Positions 14,320 to 27,904 of a stretch of 64,000 bases of DNA are shown in pieces. The notes beneath the pieces are model-generated. The model saw only the letters and a list, made by a program, of their open reading frames with translations. It was not told where the DNA came from and did no database searches. The translations under genes were made by a program, and so were the position numbers. Position 1 is the first letter of the stretch, and every line of letters starts with the position of its first letter. Location: assembly GCA_951406725.2 (NCBI GenBank), contig OX597826.1, positions 6,138,001 to 6,202,000 of the forward strand, in the 5' to 3' direction. This DNA comes from Octopus vulgaris (Eukaryota).

Positions 14320-14950
14320 AGAGGAAAAAGTCTTGACCTAGTTGCAACATTCTCAAAGGCTATAAGGTTGGAGTTTGGTCAAGAGAAATGTTATATGGTT
14401 GTGAAAAGAGGGAAAACTGAAAAACCAGACTAGCAACATCTCCATCAATGACTTTCTGTTTCCTCTGTATCGGACGATGAATGTTACATGTATCTAGGGG
14501 TGGATGAAAACATTACAATGTTACATTACATAAAACAAAAAGACGTGTCACTAAGAATATTACAGCCGAATAAATAAAATTTAGACCTCAGAACTTTCTG
14601 CATTCAATAAAACAGTGGCCCACAATGTGTTTGCAGTACCAGTACTCATACCAACATTTGGGGGGCTTGATTAGACGCTTGATGTGAAAACCCGAAAAAC
14701 GCTACCGAGCGCACATATTTTCTACATAATCAATGACGTAGACCACCCTTCGCTAAAATGAAAACAAGGCAGCAGATCCAAAATGCCTTTGAATGTCAAA
14801 GTGCATCCCTTGGTCAAATTTGCAAACATGAGTTTCATGACATCATAAGACTTGGAAGGCAGCTCCTTGAGCAACATTCTTTGTCTGATAACCTAGAATA
14901 CATGCGCAAAGAAGTCGCACGACTCTACCGCATCACTGATCACGTGATGT
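14320..14950 (+). pseudogene. R4/Dong-like LINE reverse transcriptase C-terminal (thumb) relic
   Basis: Frame-broken peptides LDLVATFSKAIRLEFGQEKC, CYMYLGVDENI, SELSAFNKTVAHNVFAVPVLIPTFG and LDVKTRK match RT domains 6-7 and the downstream thumb of this LINE group. Confidence 0.7.
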
Positions 14951-15049
14951 AAGAAATCATTTGAACCTGACAGTGGAGCCCATGAGGGGTTTCTAACCGG
15001 ATTTATCGAGCTGGAATACGGACATTAATTTTTAAAAATCAACGTAAAG

Positions 15050-15139
<90 letters not shown>

Positions 15140-15256
15140 CGTATATATATATATATATATATGCATATATATACATATATATTTATTATATATATATATA
15201 TATATACAAAAATTCATACATACATACATATATATATATATAAACACGCACACACG

Positions 15257-15290
<34 letters not shown>

Positions 15291-16057
15291 CTTAAAGAGA
15301 GAGAGAGAGAGAAGCACTTATCCTCCGATACACATACCGACACACATTAATGCATTTGAATATGTCTGTGCGCGCGCGTGTATATATATGTATGTGTGCG
15401 TGTACGTGTGTGTGTGTAGAAAAGGTATATATTTATGCATTTATGTCTGAAACATGAAACGTTTACTTAATCTATGAATCAAGTTTGATGTAGACTGACT
15501 TCAATCATGTGATGAATTTTGCACTCTCAGGATTAAATGCATCGCTTCATACTTTGATCATAGACCGTTGCTTACATTACTGGCTTCTTTTGAGAGATAT
15601 ACATACCAAAACAACTGACTCTATTAAGACAATATATTGACGCTCTCAGTAACAAATCTTTATATATGTTTTAGCAAAAAATACTAGCTGTTTTTCAATT
15701 CTGCAAATTTTGTAACAAATTTTGTTTCATCACGTCTTAATTCTTTGTTATGGTATGTTTATATACTAAGAGTAAAGTTGAAATGCTGTAACTTATGTCC
15801 CAGCTAAAACGGTGTATTGGTGTCTCTATGAATAGTTTATTTTGCGAAGTATAACTAAGTCTGGGTGAAAGATTTTTATATTTGAAAATATGCTTTGAAT
15901 TCTTGCTTTTATTGTTCTCTTAATGCTCCTTATTATATCTACTTCAGGCATTTAAGATATACCTTCAAACGTGTCTATGATGTATATATATCATGTGTGT
16001 TGGTGACTATGTATGTACGTATGCGAATACATATATATATATATATATATATATATT

Positions 16058-16262
16058 GATAGTAATGGTAAAACAATAAAAGAATGAAAGAGGCCTCGAT
16101 ATTATGTAAATAGAGGAATTTATCTCTTTAATTGTCGAGCTATCAAAAGATAGCATCTTTTGATGGCCCGATCACTGAAGAGATGCCCGTGTGGGCTTCC
16201 ACCCCGATATCGGAAGCTCGGAGTTTTATCATACCTGCCGAAAAATTGTCACATGTTATATT
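16058..16262 (+). mobile_element. Short non-coding repeat (family H1) in (TA)n with a hairpin and a degenerate hammerhead motif
   Basis: First ~65 bp homologous to 31300-31365; hairpin tcgagctatcaaaagat/atcttttgatggcccga; ctgaaga-gatg...tatc-g-gaag-ctcggag-tt-ttatc aligns to the HHR-like arms at 31400-31530. Confidence 0.6.
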
Positions 16263-16263
16263 T

Positions 16264-16300
<37 letters not shown>

Positions 16301-16487
16301 CACATACACACACATATATATATATATATACATATATACATATATATATATATACATGTACATGAATGAATTTATATATGTATATATATATATATATATC
16401 TTTATATAAAAATATGTAAAATTAATATATATATAATGCATATACACTCAAATGCAGTGAGACAGTCAGAAAGATATGTATATGAAC

Positions 16488-16547
<60 letters not shown>

Positions 16548-16815
16548 GCATTTTAGATATTGATTTGTTATCAGAATTCGTTCACATCTCCACATATGAT
16601 GGAATTTGTTATGATTAATGTTCATATTTATCATTGGGTCAGAATTGGAATTGGTGCAATATTTATGGAAGTAACCTTTCAACTGCTTGATATGAATATG
16701 TATTTTGACCTAACGTATTGATCATCATATAATTAGTTCAATCACATGCGAGATAAAATACGAGATTATACAGAGCAAGCCGTGCATACACCCATCATAC
16801 ACACACACACACACC

Positions 16816-16851
<36 letters not shown>

Positions 16852-17074
16852 TGAGTGTGTTTGCATGTGTGTGTATGTATATGTATGCGAAATTTACATT
16901 ATACATATATAAATACATATGTGTATATATATATATATATGTGTGTGTGTGTGCGAGTGTGTGTGTACGTATATATGTGTATATATAGACTATTTTTTGA
17001 TTGACTATATTTTTGTGCTAGGCCACTGGTAATAATAATTTCTATAATTCTTATTACCCTAATATTATATTATT

Positions 17075-17115
<41 letters not shown>

Positions 17116-17136
17116 CTCACATATATACATGTATAT

Positions 17137-17186
<50 letters not shown>

Positions 17187-17196
17187 TATATATATT

Positions 17197-17229
<33 letters not shown>

Positions 17230-17242
17230 GTATATATATATA

Positions 17243-19570
17243 TGCATGCCACCCTATACTGACGCTGCTTTGGAAGCGAAGTTTACACTTACTAAAGCCA
17301 AGATTCTATCAGCCTTCTCCAATTACACCCAAAGGCAGATACAAGAACGATCAGTAAATAAGACCCACGATCTTAACACCAAAATTAAGAAAGGCCTTAA
17401 CATATTAAAAAGACGCATCAAAAACAGAGAGATTGTATTTTTCCCGACTGACAAATCAGGTAGGATGTCTGTTGACAACATACCTAATTACATCTCGAAC
17501 ATGCAACCACACATCAGAGACATGACAGAAACCACAACACTCGATTATATCGAGAACGAAAAGATCGTCAATGCTCACATGGGGATGTGGAGTATAATTC
17601 TCCAGTCGGAGAAGCTGCACAGCTAACAACTTCTTAACCACCAACAACGAAATCCCACCCCTATATGGCCTTCGCAAAGATCACAAGAGCCACACGGACC
17701 ATATACTTGGGCCACCCACCCGACCCGTTTGTGGTGCCAACAATGCAAACAACCACAAAATATCATACTTTCTCTCACAATTCCTACGACCGTTAATTGA
17801 ACTATCTGCGGATGTATGTGACAGTACTGAGGACCTCCTTAGCAGGATCCGCGAATGCAACAACACGTGTGACCTCAAGAACCACATCGTGGGTAGCATG
17901 GATTTGGTATCACTATACCCCTCCATCGATATAGATTTTGCTGTCGATAAATGTATAGAAATAGTTAGTGAGAGTGGTATGATATTTAAGAATGTGGATG
18001 TATATGAACTAGGGCTCTTCCTGGCCCTGACGTGTACCAATGAATACCTGTCGCGCAATAACCTTCTATATGCTTGTCCCACCCGTAACAAACGCGGTAG
18101 ACCACCTACCATTACCTCGGCTTACAGGAAGACTCACTGTGAGCGTTGGCAGGGATGGACAAAGCCGGACTACCCACCCTCAAGTGCACACGATATTAGA
18201 ACCACCATCGCACATGCTATCGGTGTCAGCCTGAGATTTACGCTAAAAACACATATTTTTTAATTTGTCAACAAACTGTATAATCAAACGAAAGGCGGTG
18301 CTATTGGAGTGGGGATCGCCGGTGACGTTGCTAACATCTTCATGGTATGGTGGGACAAGCGTTTTAAACAGTGCCTAGCAAACCGTAACGTCCACTTGGC
18401 TATGTACTCTCGTTACGTCGACGACATTAACCTTGTTGTGAAATGTATACAGACACAGTTATGGGCCCTCTACCAAGTGAAGAACAGGTGATAACATCTA
18501 TACAACACATAGCTGACTCTATCCACAGCAGTATAAAACTTACCATAGACTACCCCTCTAAACACCCCAGTAAACGATTACCCGTCCTAGATACTGAGCT
18601 ATGGATGGAAGACGCTATGGTTAATGGTACCATTAAACCATGTATACTCCACTCACACTATCAGAAACCGATGGCTAATCCACTAGTAATCCGTAGTGAC
18701 TCAGCTATGTCGGATACTGCCAAACTCTACATCCTAGTGGCAGACTTAGTTAGAGTAATGAGGAATGTATCACCACTATGCCAACCACAAGAACGACAAC
18801 AACACATCCAGCACTACATATTCCGAATGCAACGCTCCGGATACACACAAGACGATAGAGTCAGGGTGTACAAAGGAGCGAAAGCTAGATTCGAACGCAT
18901 TCTAGGGAACGACGAAAACGGTATATGCCCCCTGTACCGCAACAAGTTCTGGAATAGGTTAGAGAGGGACACCAACAAAAAGATGAGAAACGTTACTTGG
19001 TACGATAACAGGAGATTTCACGGAGTGATGTTCGTTGACGCCACACCTAAGAACGAGCTAAGTAAGGCATTCAAGAAAGTCCTGCGCACTACGGGCCTAA
19101 AAGTTAAAGTTGTAGAAAAGACAGGTAGGACTATCAGATCGGCATTATGCAGATCATATCCATTTGATAGAATCACCTGTCAGAGTAATTGTGCAGTGTG
19201 TTCGACAAATCCACACGTAAATTGTAAAACCAAGGGCACTGTATACCAGATTAAGTGCCAGGAGGGAGCTTGCGCGGCTAACCCGGAGTCATACATAGGT
19301 GAGACCTCTAGAAGCATCAATGATAGGTTCAAAGAACACCTGGACAACTACATTGAAAGGAAGCCAAACTCCATCTTCTACCAACATGCTGTAGACTGCC
19401 ACAAGAGATCCTTAGGGGAGCTTAAGTTGAACATCCTATCAACACATCCCACCGATGCAATGTTGAGACAGGTCACAGAAGCTGTTTGTATACAAGAATA
19501 CAAACCTACTCTCAACCGAAAGTCCGAATGGAATAACATCCAGAACCCATTCAGAAGGACTATTCTATAA
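17243..19570 (+). pseudogene. PLE polyprotein: reverse transcriptase, Cys-rich linker and GIY-YIG endonuclease, disrupted
   Basis: Motifs in order: PTDKSGR, PPLYGLRKDHK, RPV, SMDLVSLYPSI, QTKGGAIGVGIAGDVANIFM, YSRYVDD, LPVLD, HSHYQKPM, CQSNCAVC, GTVYQIKC...YIGETSRSINDRFKEH, EAVCI...PTLN. Lesions: frameshift ~17615, in-frame TAA 18261-18263, frameshift ~18450. Confidence 0.92.
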
Positions 19571-20602
19571 CCACCCCTCTCTCTCTCTCCCTTTCACCTG
19601 TAGTCCTTACATACAGGTTGCAATGCGTATGTGCAGTTATATACAACGGTATGAGCAGACGTTGTTTGATACGAACAGTTGCACCTAGGCGTTGTATCCA
19701 TTCACGGTTAGACGATGATGAGAGGAACAAACACACACCCACACACATATATATATATGTGTGTGCGTCTATACTAACATATATGTAAATATGTATACAA
19801 CCTTCAGCAAAGTAACAGTCATGTACACAACTTGGACGGACACATGCCAGTACACGGACATACGTTCACATACACATACACATGTACACACTCTCACGGA
19901 CACATCTACCCATTCTCTCACGGACACATCTACCCATTCTCCTAGACACTCACATACATACGTAGCACATGAATACAAACATACATACATACCTACGTAT
20001 GGGCATACACACGTACATACGCACGTACATGTACGCACACACATACATGGGCACATGCATACGAGCGCGTATACATACATACGCAGATGCGTACGTATGT
20101 ACATATACACATACATACATACATACATACATACATACATACATACATACATACATACATACATACGCACATACATACATACATACATACATACGAACAA
20201 TAGTAAAACATTAGTTCTGTGATATAGAGATAAAAATCTGATAATAGATTTTAGGGTATAGTTCTTGTGAGCAAGCGTCATAAATTCACTTTCTAGCCTC
20301 GGCCGTAGGGAGTTGAAATTTGATAGCGTTGTGATGAGTGGTCACTCTACATCCATCCATCGCTACAGGTTTATAACTTTATGTTTTATAGAGTGTATGT
20401 GCGTGCTTATACACACACGTACATATATACATACATACATATATACATACATACATACATACATACATACATACATGCACACACAGGCGTATGTGCGTAC
20501 ATGCATACGTACATACATACACACATGTATGCATACATACACACATACATACGTACATATATATGACGAACTAACTGTTACTTTCTTAGATGCAGCACCG
20601 AC

Positions 20603-20652
20603 TTTGTCAGTGAACAGGTCGCGGATTTTAGCGACGAAAATATTTTGACAAA
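20603..20652 (+). ncRNA. Minimal type-I hammerhead ribozyme motif with G3:C8 core variant
   Basis: Helix I tttgtca/tgacaaa; core GUGAACA plus an extra G; helix II gtcgc-ggatttta-gcgac; GAAA; palindromic AUAU loop; U16.1 and U17. Position and orientation are those expected for a PLE pLTR ribozyme. Confidence 0.75.
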
Positions 20653-21147
20653 TTAAACTTAAATGTTGGAGTGAATCGAACGGCTTTTGTGTGTTTCTTA
20701 AATGGCTTATAAACACCTTCCACGCTGCAATTGTTTTCGTTTCAGCACACGATCTCAGATCAAATTACTTGCTATGCGAGTACATCTCCGTAATATATAT
20801 ATATATATATATATATATACCTCTCTATACATTGATATATATGTGTGTATACGAGGATTATAGACAGATTGACGAATATGCAAAATAATCACACACTATG
20901 TTACATGAATCACTCTACTGAGTGCCTCAAGCAAAGTACACAACATAAGAGTAAATGTAATAACAACACAGCAAAATTAAACAGCACACTTACCATATAG
21001 ATATATTCAAAGGACAGAGTATCTGAGATTTAAAAGGTGGGCAAAAGCAACCGACGAAATAAGTGACATTTGTGGAACAGGTTTGTCTCTGTGCAATGAA
21101 TTAAGAAGTCGTATAACAGAAGTAATATTAGGTGCACACACACACAC

Positions 21148-21188
<41 letters not shown>

Positions 21189-21450
21189 ACACACACACAC
21201 ACGTACATATACGGTATAAAGCGGAAAATATAGTTGCGCAGAGTCTATGATAAATTATTGAATCCGGAGAAGAAGCCACTCATGAACTCGTCAACAGGAA
21301 TTTAGCCATGTGCTCACGACCGCTGAAAATGTTACATCTAGAATAAAGTACTGAGTCCTTAGATCTGAAACGGATATGACTTCTTTCAGTTCCGTATAGC
21401 ATACTTTTTAGATCCATTAAAATATGCTGTGAATTTTAAGACGAATTTCC

Positions 21451-21524
<74 letters not shown>

Positions 21525-21562
21525 CATATATATATATTTATGTATATATGTTTATGCATATA

Positions 21563-21885
21563 TATTGTTGTATTTCAGAATGGGCATGTTGCTAATAAAA
21601 ACACACGCACTATATATTTGGTGTTACTTTGCTTCAGCGTTATTTATTTTTTACATTAATCTTAATCTTATTTCGGCCAGAGTTCTTTCGTCACACTTCT
21701 GTGACCTCATCAGTGCTCCTTTGCTATCTTCATTCTTATTTGGGTGTCTCTCTTTAACAACGGTCAGCCATTTTGTATATATAGTGCGTGTGTTTTTATT
21801 GGCTAACATGACCATTCCTAAACACAACAATGTCTGTTTCAACACACGATTTCACATCAAGAATCATGCAAAACTACTACAGATA
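21563..21885 (-). mobile_element. Short non-coding element (family H2) in (TA)n: ~55-bp inverted repeats enclosing a hammerhead motif
   Basis: 21563-21617 and ~21777-21831 are imperfect reverse complements (attgttgt...aataaaaacacacgcactatatat); (TA)n on both flanks. Confidence 0.65.
21675..21719 (-). ncRNA. Minimal hammerhead ribozyme motif with canonical core
   Basis: Minus strand: ggagca CUGAUGA g gucaca-gaag-ugugac GAAA gaac UC uggcc. Perfect 6-bp helix II, 1-bp helix III with a tetraloop, weak helix I. Confidence 0.65.
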
Positions 21886-22252
21886 TATATATATATATAG
21901 AGAGAGAGTATACTGTTCCGTGGTGGTATGTATATAAATATATATATATATATATGCGTGTGTATATGTCTATATACATTTATATGTGGGCATGTCCATG
22001 TATCTATATGTGTGTTTATTTGCATGCATATTTGCATTTCTGGAGATATACTTGTAATTGTATGTGTGGATTTCCATATGCATACGTTTCGCAAGCCGAA
22101 CCGGGTATCTTACCTTCGTAAGACACTTTCCGAAGGCCATCATTTCACTCTCTCTACTTGTATCTATTTTTCCTTTTCTCTCTCTGATTTTCAGTTTCTG
22201 GTAGATAGATATATAGATACATACATACATACATACACATATATCTATCTAT

Positions 22253-22340
<88 letters not shown>

Positions 22341-22372
22341 CATGTATATAGACAGATAGATAGATGTGTATG

Positions 22373-22374
<2 letters not shown>

Positions 22375-22463
<89 letters not shown>

Positions 22464-22496
22464 ATATATCTCTCTCTCTCTCTCTCTCTAGATAAT

Positions 22497-22564
<68 letters not shown>
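22375..22564. repeat. (TATC)n, (TC)n and (TA)n compound microsatellite
   Basis: Read directly from the sequence. Confidence 0.95.
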
Positions 22565-22567
<3 letters not shown>

Positions 22568-23896
22568 GAAGTAATATCTGACCTCCATTAAACCGTGGAC
22601 GTTCAGTTAGAACAGATTATACTGCGGTAGATACAATGAAAGAAACCTCAAGTTTGCTTTTGGTGCAAATCGTACTCCTGTTTAATTCACTAACGGGGAG
22701 GTAAATCCCCTTTATCTCCAACCACGAGACCACCAAATCATGTGGTTTATACTTTCCTAGCTCTTGTCAATGATAGACACTCGACTGCTAGAGATAACAG
22801 CAACTCATCTCGCCACCAGCGATGTATACAAAATAACCGATCCATAGTTTCTCTCCTGGTGTCTGACGCAGGCTCGATATTCAGGTCTGATGACTAAATA
22901 CTGAGGCATACAGGCTAGATATTCCGGTTCTCAAAGAATAAAATAAATAAAAATAAACAAAATGAAATAAAATAAACAAAATACGTGTGGAAAGCAATAT
23001 CAAAGCGAGACCCTTGAAAAACATCAACGAAATACGTGAATGGATCAAATAAATACAACCTGTATGTATTAAAATTTCGAATAACCACACTAGTTGTTTA
23101 ATTTCTAGAACTCAAGTCTTCCCTTTGGTTGGTCTTTAAAGACAAGTTTCTTATCATATCGATTTAGTTTCAAACCAGGATTTTAAACCCTATTAGACAA
23201 GTTCCATAAATCTAAGTCTACTCAATCTCACAATGAGTATTCTTTAAACGTGTAGTGTTCCATATATTGTGCATCCATGTGTACGTTCAAATTACTTGAC
23301 ATCCATATATTTTTATAGGAAATAATTTCGTTCAACGAGAATTGTTGCACACATATACATACATTAAGCAATGGCCTAGGTTTTAAATATTCATATAGTA
23401 AACTATAGATTTTTTATCGTTTTCCACTGTAATAAGAGACGACAGAAGTAATATAAATTTTAGTTGCAGTAATGGAGATAAGTTGAATTCTTTTTAAAAA
23501 TCCTTTTAAACATATGACATATGTTGTTTTGCAGATTATATAAAATGCAAGTTGGCATATCTTAGATATAGAATTTACTTATCAAACAGCTGTCAAAGTA
23601 TCTCCTTAGAAGAGAGAATGTTCGTTACCGAAATGCTATAATGGGCAAATTTAGCACAGAGAAAAATGTAGAAAACACATTTCCATCGGCCATAAATCCA
23701 TTTTTGACATTTCTGTTTGTTATTTCGCTTCATTTGACGGATTCTTCTGCGACACCTGGTCGGTTTCTCATCACATGTTGATTTATGATATCATGCAGGT
23801 TTTACTTACCGATGCATTATGCATTAACCTTTTGAATATATAGGTTTTTTTTATGCCCAAACGATGTAAATATAAAACTTCTTGTTTCAGTAACAA

Positions 23897-23934
<38 letters not shown>

Positions 23935-23939
23935 ACTTA

Positions 23940-23998
<59 letters not shown>

Positions 23999-24011
23999 AT
24001 ATATGTATATA

Positions 24012-24060
<49 letters not shown>

Positions 24061-24300
24061 ATATATATGTATATATTTATATATATATATATACATAACT
24101 TATATATGTATATATGTATATATATATATATATATATCCATATATCATATAAGTGTGTGTGTATGTATATATACATATATACATATATATATATATATAT
24201 GTATGTATGTATGTGTGTATGCATATATGGGATATACATTCATATGTACATGCATACATATGCGTATACGTTTGTGTGTGTATAAATGCGGGTATGTATT

Positions 24301-24338
<38 letters not shown>

Positions 24339-25877
24339 CGCATATACATGTATCACATCGTTATTTAGTGAAAAAGAGAAAAATACCGCCTAAATTATTA
24401 AGACGCGATCTGTCAGATTACTGAAATTTGATACGTTGACTCATTCAAGCAAAAACATTTAAAACATAATGATTTCAAATTTTGTAAAAAAAAATAAATT
24501 TATGACACATTCTAAGGCATTCTTCTAATACTGAACATGTAATAAAAATCGTTCGCAATTCTCTTAACAAGATTGATTGAAGAAAGTCTGCAGAAACCAG
24601 ATTATAAACAATATAGACTGGTAATGCTTGGTAAATATTCATTATACTGCTCCTGTTTTTCGAACTACGGCTGTGTTTATTACATAGTATAACTAATTAC
24701 ATCCGGAAGTAGGCGATGTATGTGTCTTGGTAGAAGGTATCATGCGTTTGATAATTGTTTTGTGGGCTCGTGTTTTCGGAAGGACCATAAAATAGCCACT
24801 TGACTTTCTCACCGTTAGCTATGAGCGAACTGTACTAGAACACTCTTAGTACTATGTTTTCAGTAAGGTAGACTTGAGAAACGTTAAATGAAATACCTCT
24901 TATGCGGACATAAGTCTCCAACATATCCGGGAATCGAACATAATGCCTTGCGAGAGTAAGCCAAATACTTTACCAGTTAATCGCGTGACTACTTGTTATG
25001 GATTTATGTAGCAAAGACTATCACAGTGTCAGTTATGTAAAATAATAGGGTTTGATTAGAGGAAAATGTTCCTGCAAATTCTCTCAAGTTGATGTAGAGA
25101 CTCTAATGGAAGACACAATGTCACAAGTTGAAATTATTCAGCGTTGTTGCCATCAAGTATTTTATGGAAGACGATTGTGGCACATTTTCTTGATTTACGG
25201 AAACATATTTGACTTCTAAATGGGATCCCGTTTCAAGATATTCGGCTATACTCACAATTGTAAATTGCTCTAAGAAATATATCCCCCACATTTGAATTTC
25301 TTGTTTAACATATGTTTAAACGAATAAAGTATATCAACAGTACAGAAATTATTCAGAGGTTGGACGAATAGATCATATATAAAGGCCTTTAAAATTCGGT
25401 TTTATACAACCGAGACAGAAATTATTTACAGGTTGGACTTAAGGGGTCATAGTGTGACAGATATGGGAAGGTGTATTAGGGAAAATTCTCTCATATCTAA
25501 TTATATTTCAAATATTGTATACTGAAATCGATTGAATGAGTGACATCCGCCTAATGTAAACGACTGCACAAGCCATACGAATTTTTACGCTCTTCTAATG
25601 ATGAGACTATGGGCAATCCGATGGCGGCGAATATTCGAGATGTACCGCTCATTTAGCATATACTATGGACGTTACTTAATACTCAGGATTAAATGTTGAA
25701 TTTGAAAGTTAATAATATTTGACTTATTGGAAAGTAACAATCAACTGCGCATTAAATCTTTAATAAATGACATCTCATTACTTTCCTTATTTCAATTCAT
25801 TCGCCGAGATTAACTTACATTCATGTGGATAGTGGTAAGCATTAGCAATACACATACACAGGTGCTCACATTCGACA

Positions 25878-25990
25878 GGGTGCTGAAATGTTCCTGGCTT
25901 TAAGGCTATCGTGAACGGCTGAATTCTTTAACAAGGCTTAGAAAAGCAGGAGTACTGCTGCACGAAGTGTGCGAATTTGAGAGGACGATA
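25878..25990 (+). mobile_element. Internally deleted mariner relic
   Basis: gggtgctgaaatgttcctggcttt resembles a mariner TIR; cacgaagtgtgcgaatttgagaggacgata resembles the transposase C-terminal KC...G.Y coding end. Confidence 0.4.
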
Positions 25991-26394
25991 TACTCTTTTA
26001 CTTGTTTCAGTCATTTCACTGTGGCCATGCAGGAGCACCGCCTTTAGTCGAGCAAATCAACACCAGGACTTATTCTTTGTAAGTCTAGTACTTATTATAT
26101 CGGCCTCGTTTGCTGAACCACTAAATTACGGGAACGTCAACACACTAGCATCGGCTGTCAAGCGATCTTGGGGGGCAATCACAAACACTCAAACAAACAC
26201 ACACATACACACATATTAATAAACATATATACGACGGGCTTCTTTCAGTTTCCGTCTACCAAATCCACTCACAAGGCTTTGGTCGGCCCGAGGCTATAGA
26301 AGACACTTGCCCAAGGTGCTACGCAGTGGGAGTGAACCCTGAACCATGTAGTTGGTAAGCAAGCTACTTACCACACTACCACTCCTGCGCCTAT
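25991..26394 (-). mobile_element. Family A SINE, full length
   Basis: Reverse complement of the 5144-5548 and 37822-38260 copies. Confidence 0.88.
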
Positions 26395-27904
26395 GTATAT
26401 TGAATATAATCGTAATTAACTGATCCTCCTGTCTTTTCTCATACAGAAAGCCAAGAACTTTTCAATACCACCTTGTATAAGCGAATTATAGTCCCATATT
26501 GCTTACAGGAAACGATCATTTTTTCTTGTGGCAGGTAGCAGTAGTCGCGTGATCCTTGCATTTTAAACGTGTATTTTCCTAAATGAAGGCTTCCATTCAC
26601 TTATAAGATATAGACCCACATATTATTCGTAATGTTGCGTTCTGTAAGTGTATCGATGTGATTTCTATATCTTTGTTATTCGGTATGCTGTCAATCGCAA
26701 CATTATAATAGAAACGTTAATCTACACTTCTTGGTAAATGGAAACCATCGCTTAATATAAGATAGACAAAATCCAGTGTCTATTTTCTCACCGTCCACCA
26801 TAAGAAAGATCCTAGGCACTATATGAAATCATATACGCATCCACAGGCATGTGCATACTTCAGTATTTCTACAGCATATTACTTCGCGTATGCCTTTTGT
26901 AAATAAATTGTTCAATAAACATAGTGTAAATTAGATACTCAAACTTATTAGAGTGTCCCTAATAACACTCTGTCAACCAAAACCCAAAGAGATAGAAAAT
27001 TAACGATCTATAAACTCAGTAATTATACATTGGTACCTGTGTGAGTTGTCTGTGTCTGTATGTATGTGTGTGTGTGGAGGGGGGTATAGTTATACTCAGT
27101 TAGATAATTCTCTTGATTGAAAATCGACGATTAAGCTGAAGACATAAATGTCCGTACAAGTACGCTCACGCGGTTGGCAGAATCTTAACAAAGACAAAAG
27201 TATTAAACATAGATAAATGAATAAATTAATTAATAATTATACGTTCGATCCCTTACGTCTTTCATAGTCTCAACATCATAGAGGTGTACGCATATCTCGC
27301 ACAGACAGATTAACATATTCCCTCTCAAACATTACAGAATCTACTTTTAATGCTCACACGAGCACACAGGTGCACGCTTTTACACACGTAGTCTTACGCA
27401 CAAAAATACAAGCACATACACACACAGAGTCTCTTCTTCTGTCTCAGATTCTCACTTACATATCCATGAATATAAATATCGAAGCTGAAACGGAATGACC
27501 TAGGGGCAGGAAAATAAGTATGTTCACGAATGGCGACAAATGTACTCCGAAGAACCAAGATGAGTGATCCACCAAACAATTTCCAAGAATTTGATTCGTT
27601 AATTGGTTAAAAATTTACCGAACGATTAATGAGGATAAAAAATTTGAAATAGAAGCGGAGCATCTGTTTAATATTGGCTTCTTGACCCTCCCAACCTCTA
27701 AAGAAATCTGTTTTACGTCAAGAATATTGCCAACCAAATTAAATTCCAAATATAACCAAAGATTCTAAGTTCCAATTATGAATACTGTGAGTGAAATGTT
27801 AAGTTAAAAAATAGACGTGATGCAACCCATCTTTTCTTCTGACGTCTCAAAGTAAGTTTTCATCTATTGTAGGCGATTGCTAAGGGATAAGTGAAAAAAC
27901 ACAA

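Larger units (their letters stand above)
17243..20792 (+). mobile_element. Penelope-like retroelement (Naiad-like), 5'-truncated, inserted in (TA)n, with a long microsatellite-rich 3' region and a terminal HHR-bearing pLTR segment
   Basis: RT and GIY-YIG coding region 17243-19570; (TA)n directly at both ends (17080-17242, ~20793-20819); 20557-20660 is homologous to 63895-64000, which also lies next to RT sequence of this family. Confidence 0.85.

Noticed and set aside
17243-19750. Selenoprotein-encoding Naiad (in-frame UGA plus SECIS), as described for some Naiad elements
   Set aside because: The linker and endonuclease cysteines are TGT/TGC, the only in-frame stop is TAA, and the 3' hairpin has AUGA but lacks the opposing GA of the SECIS quartet.
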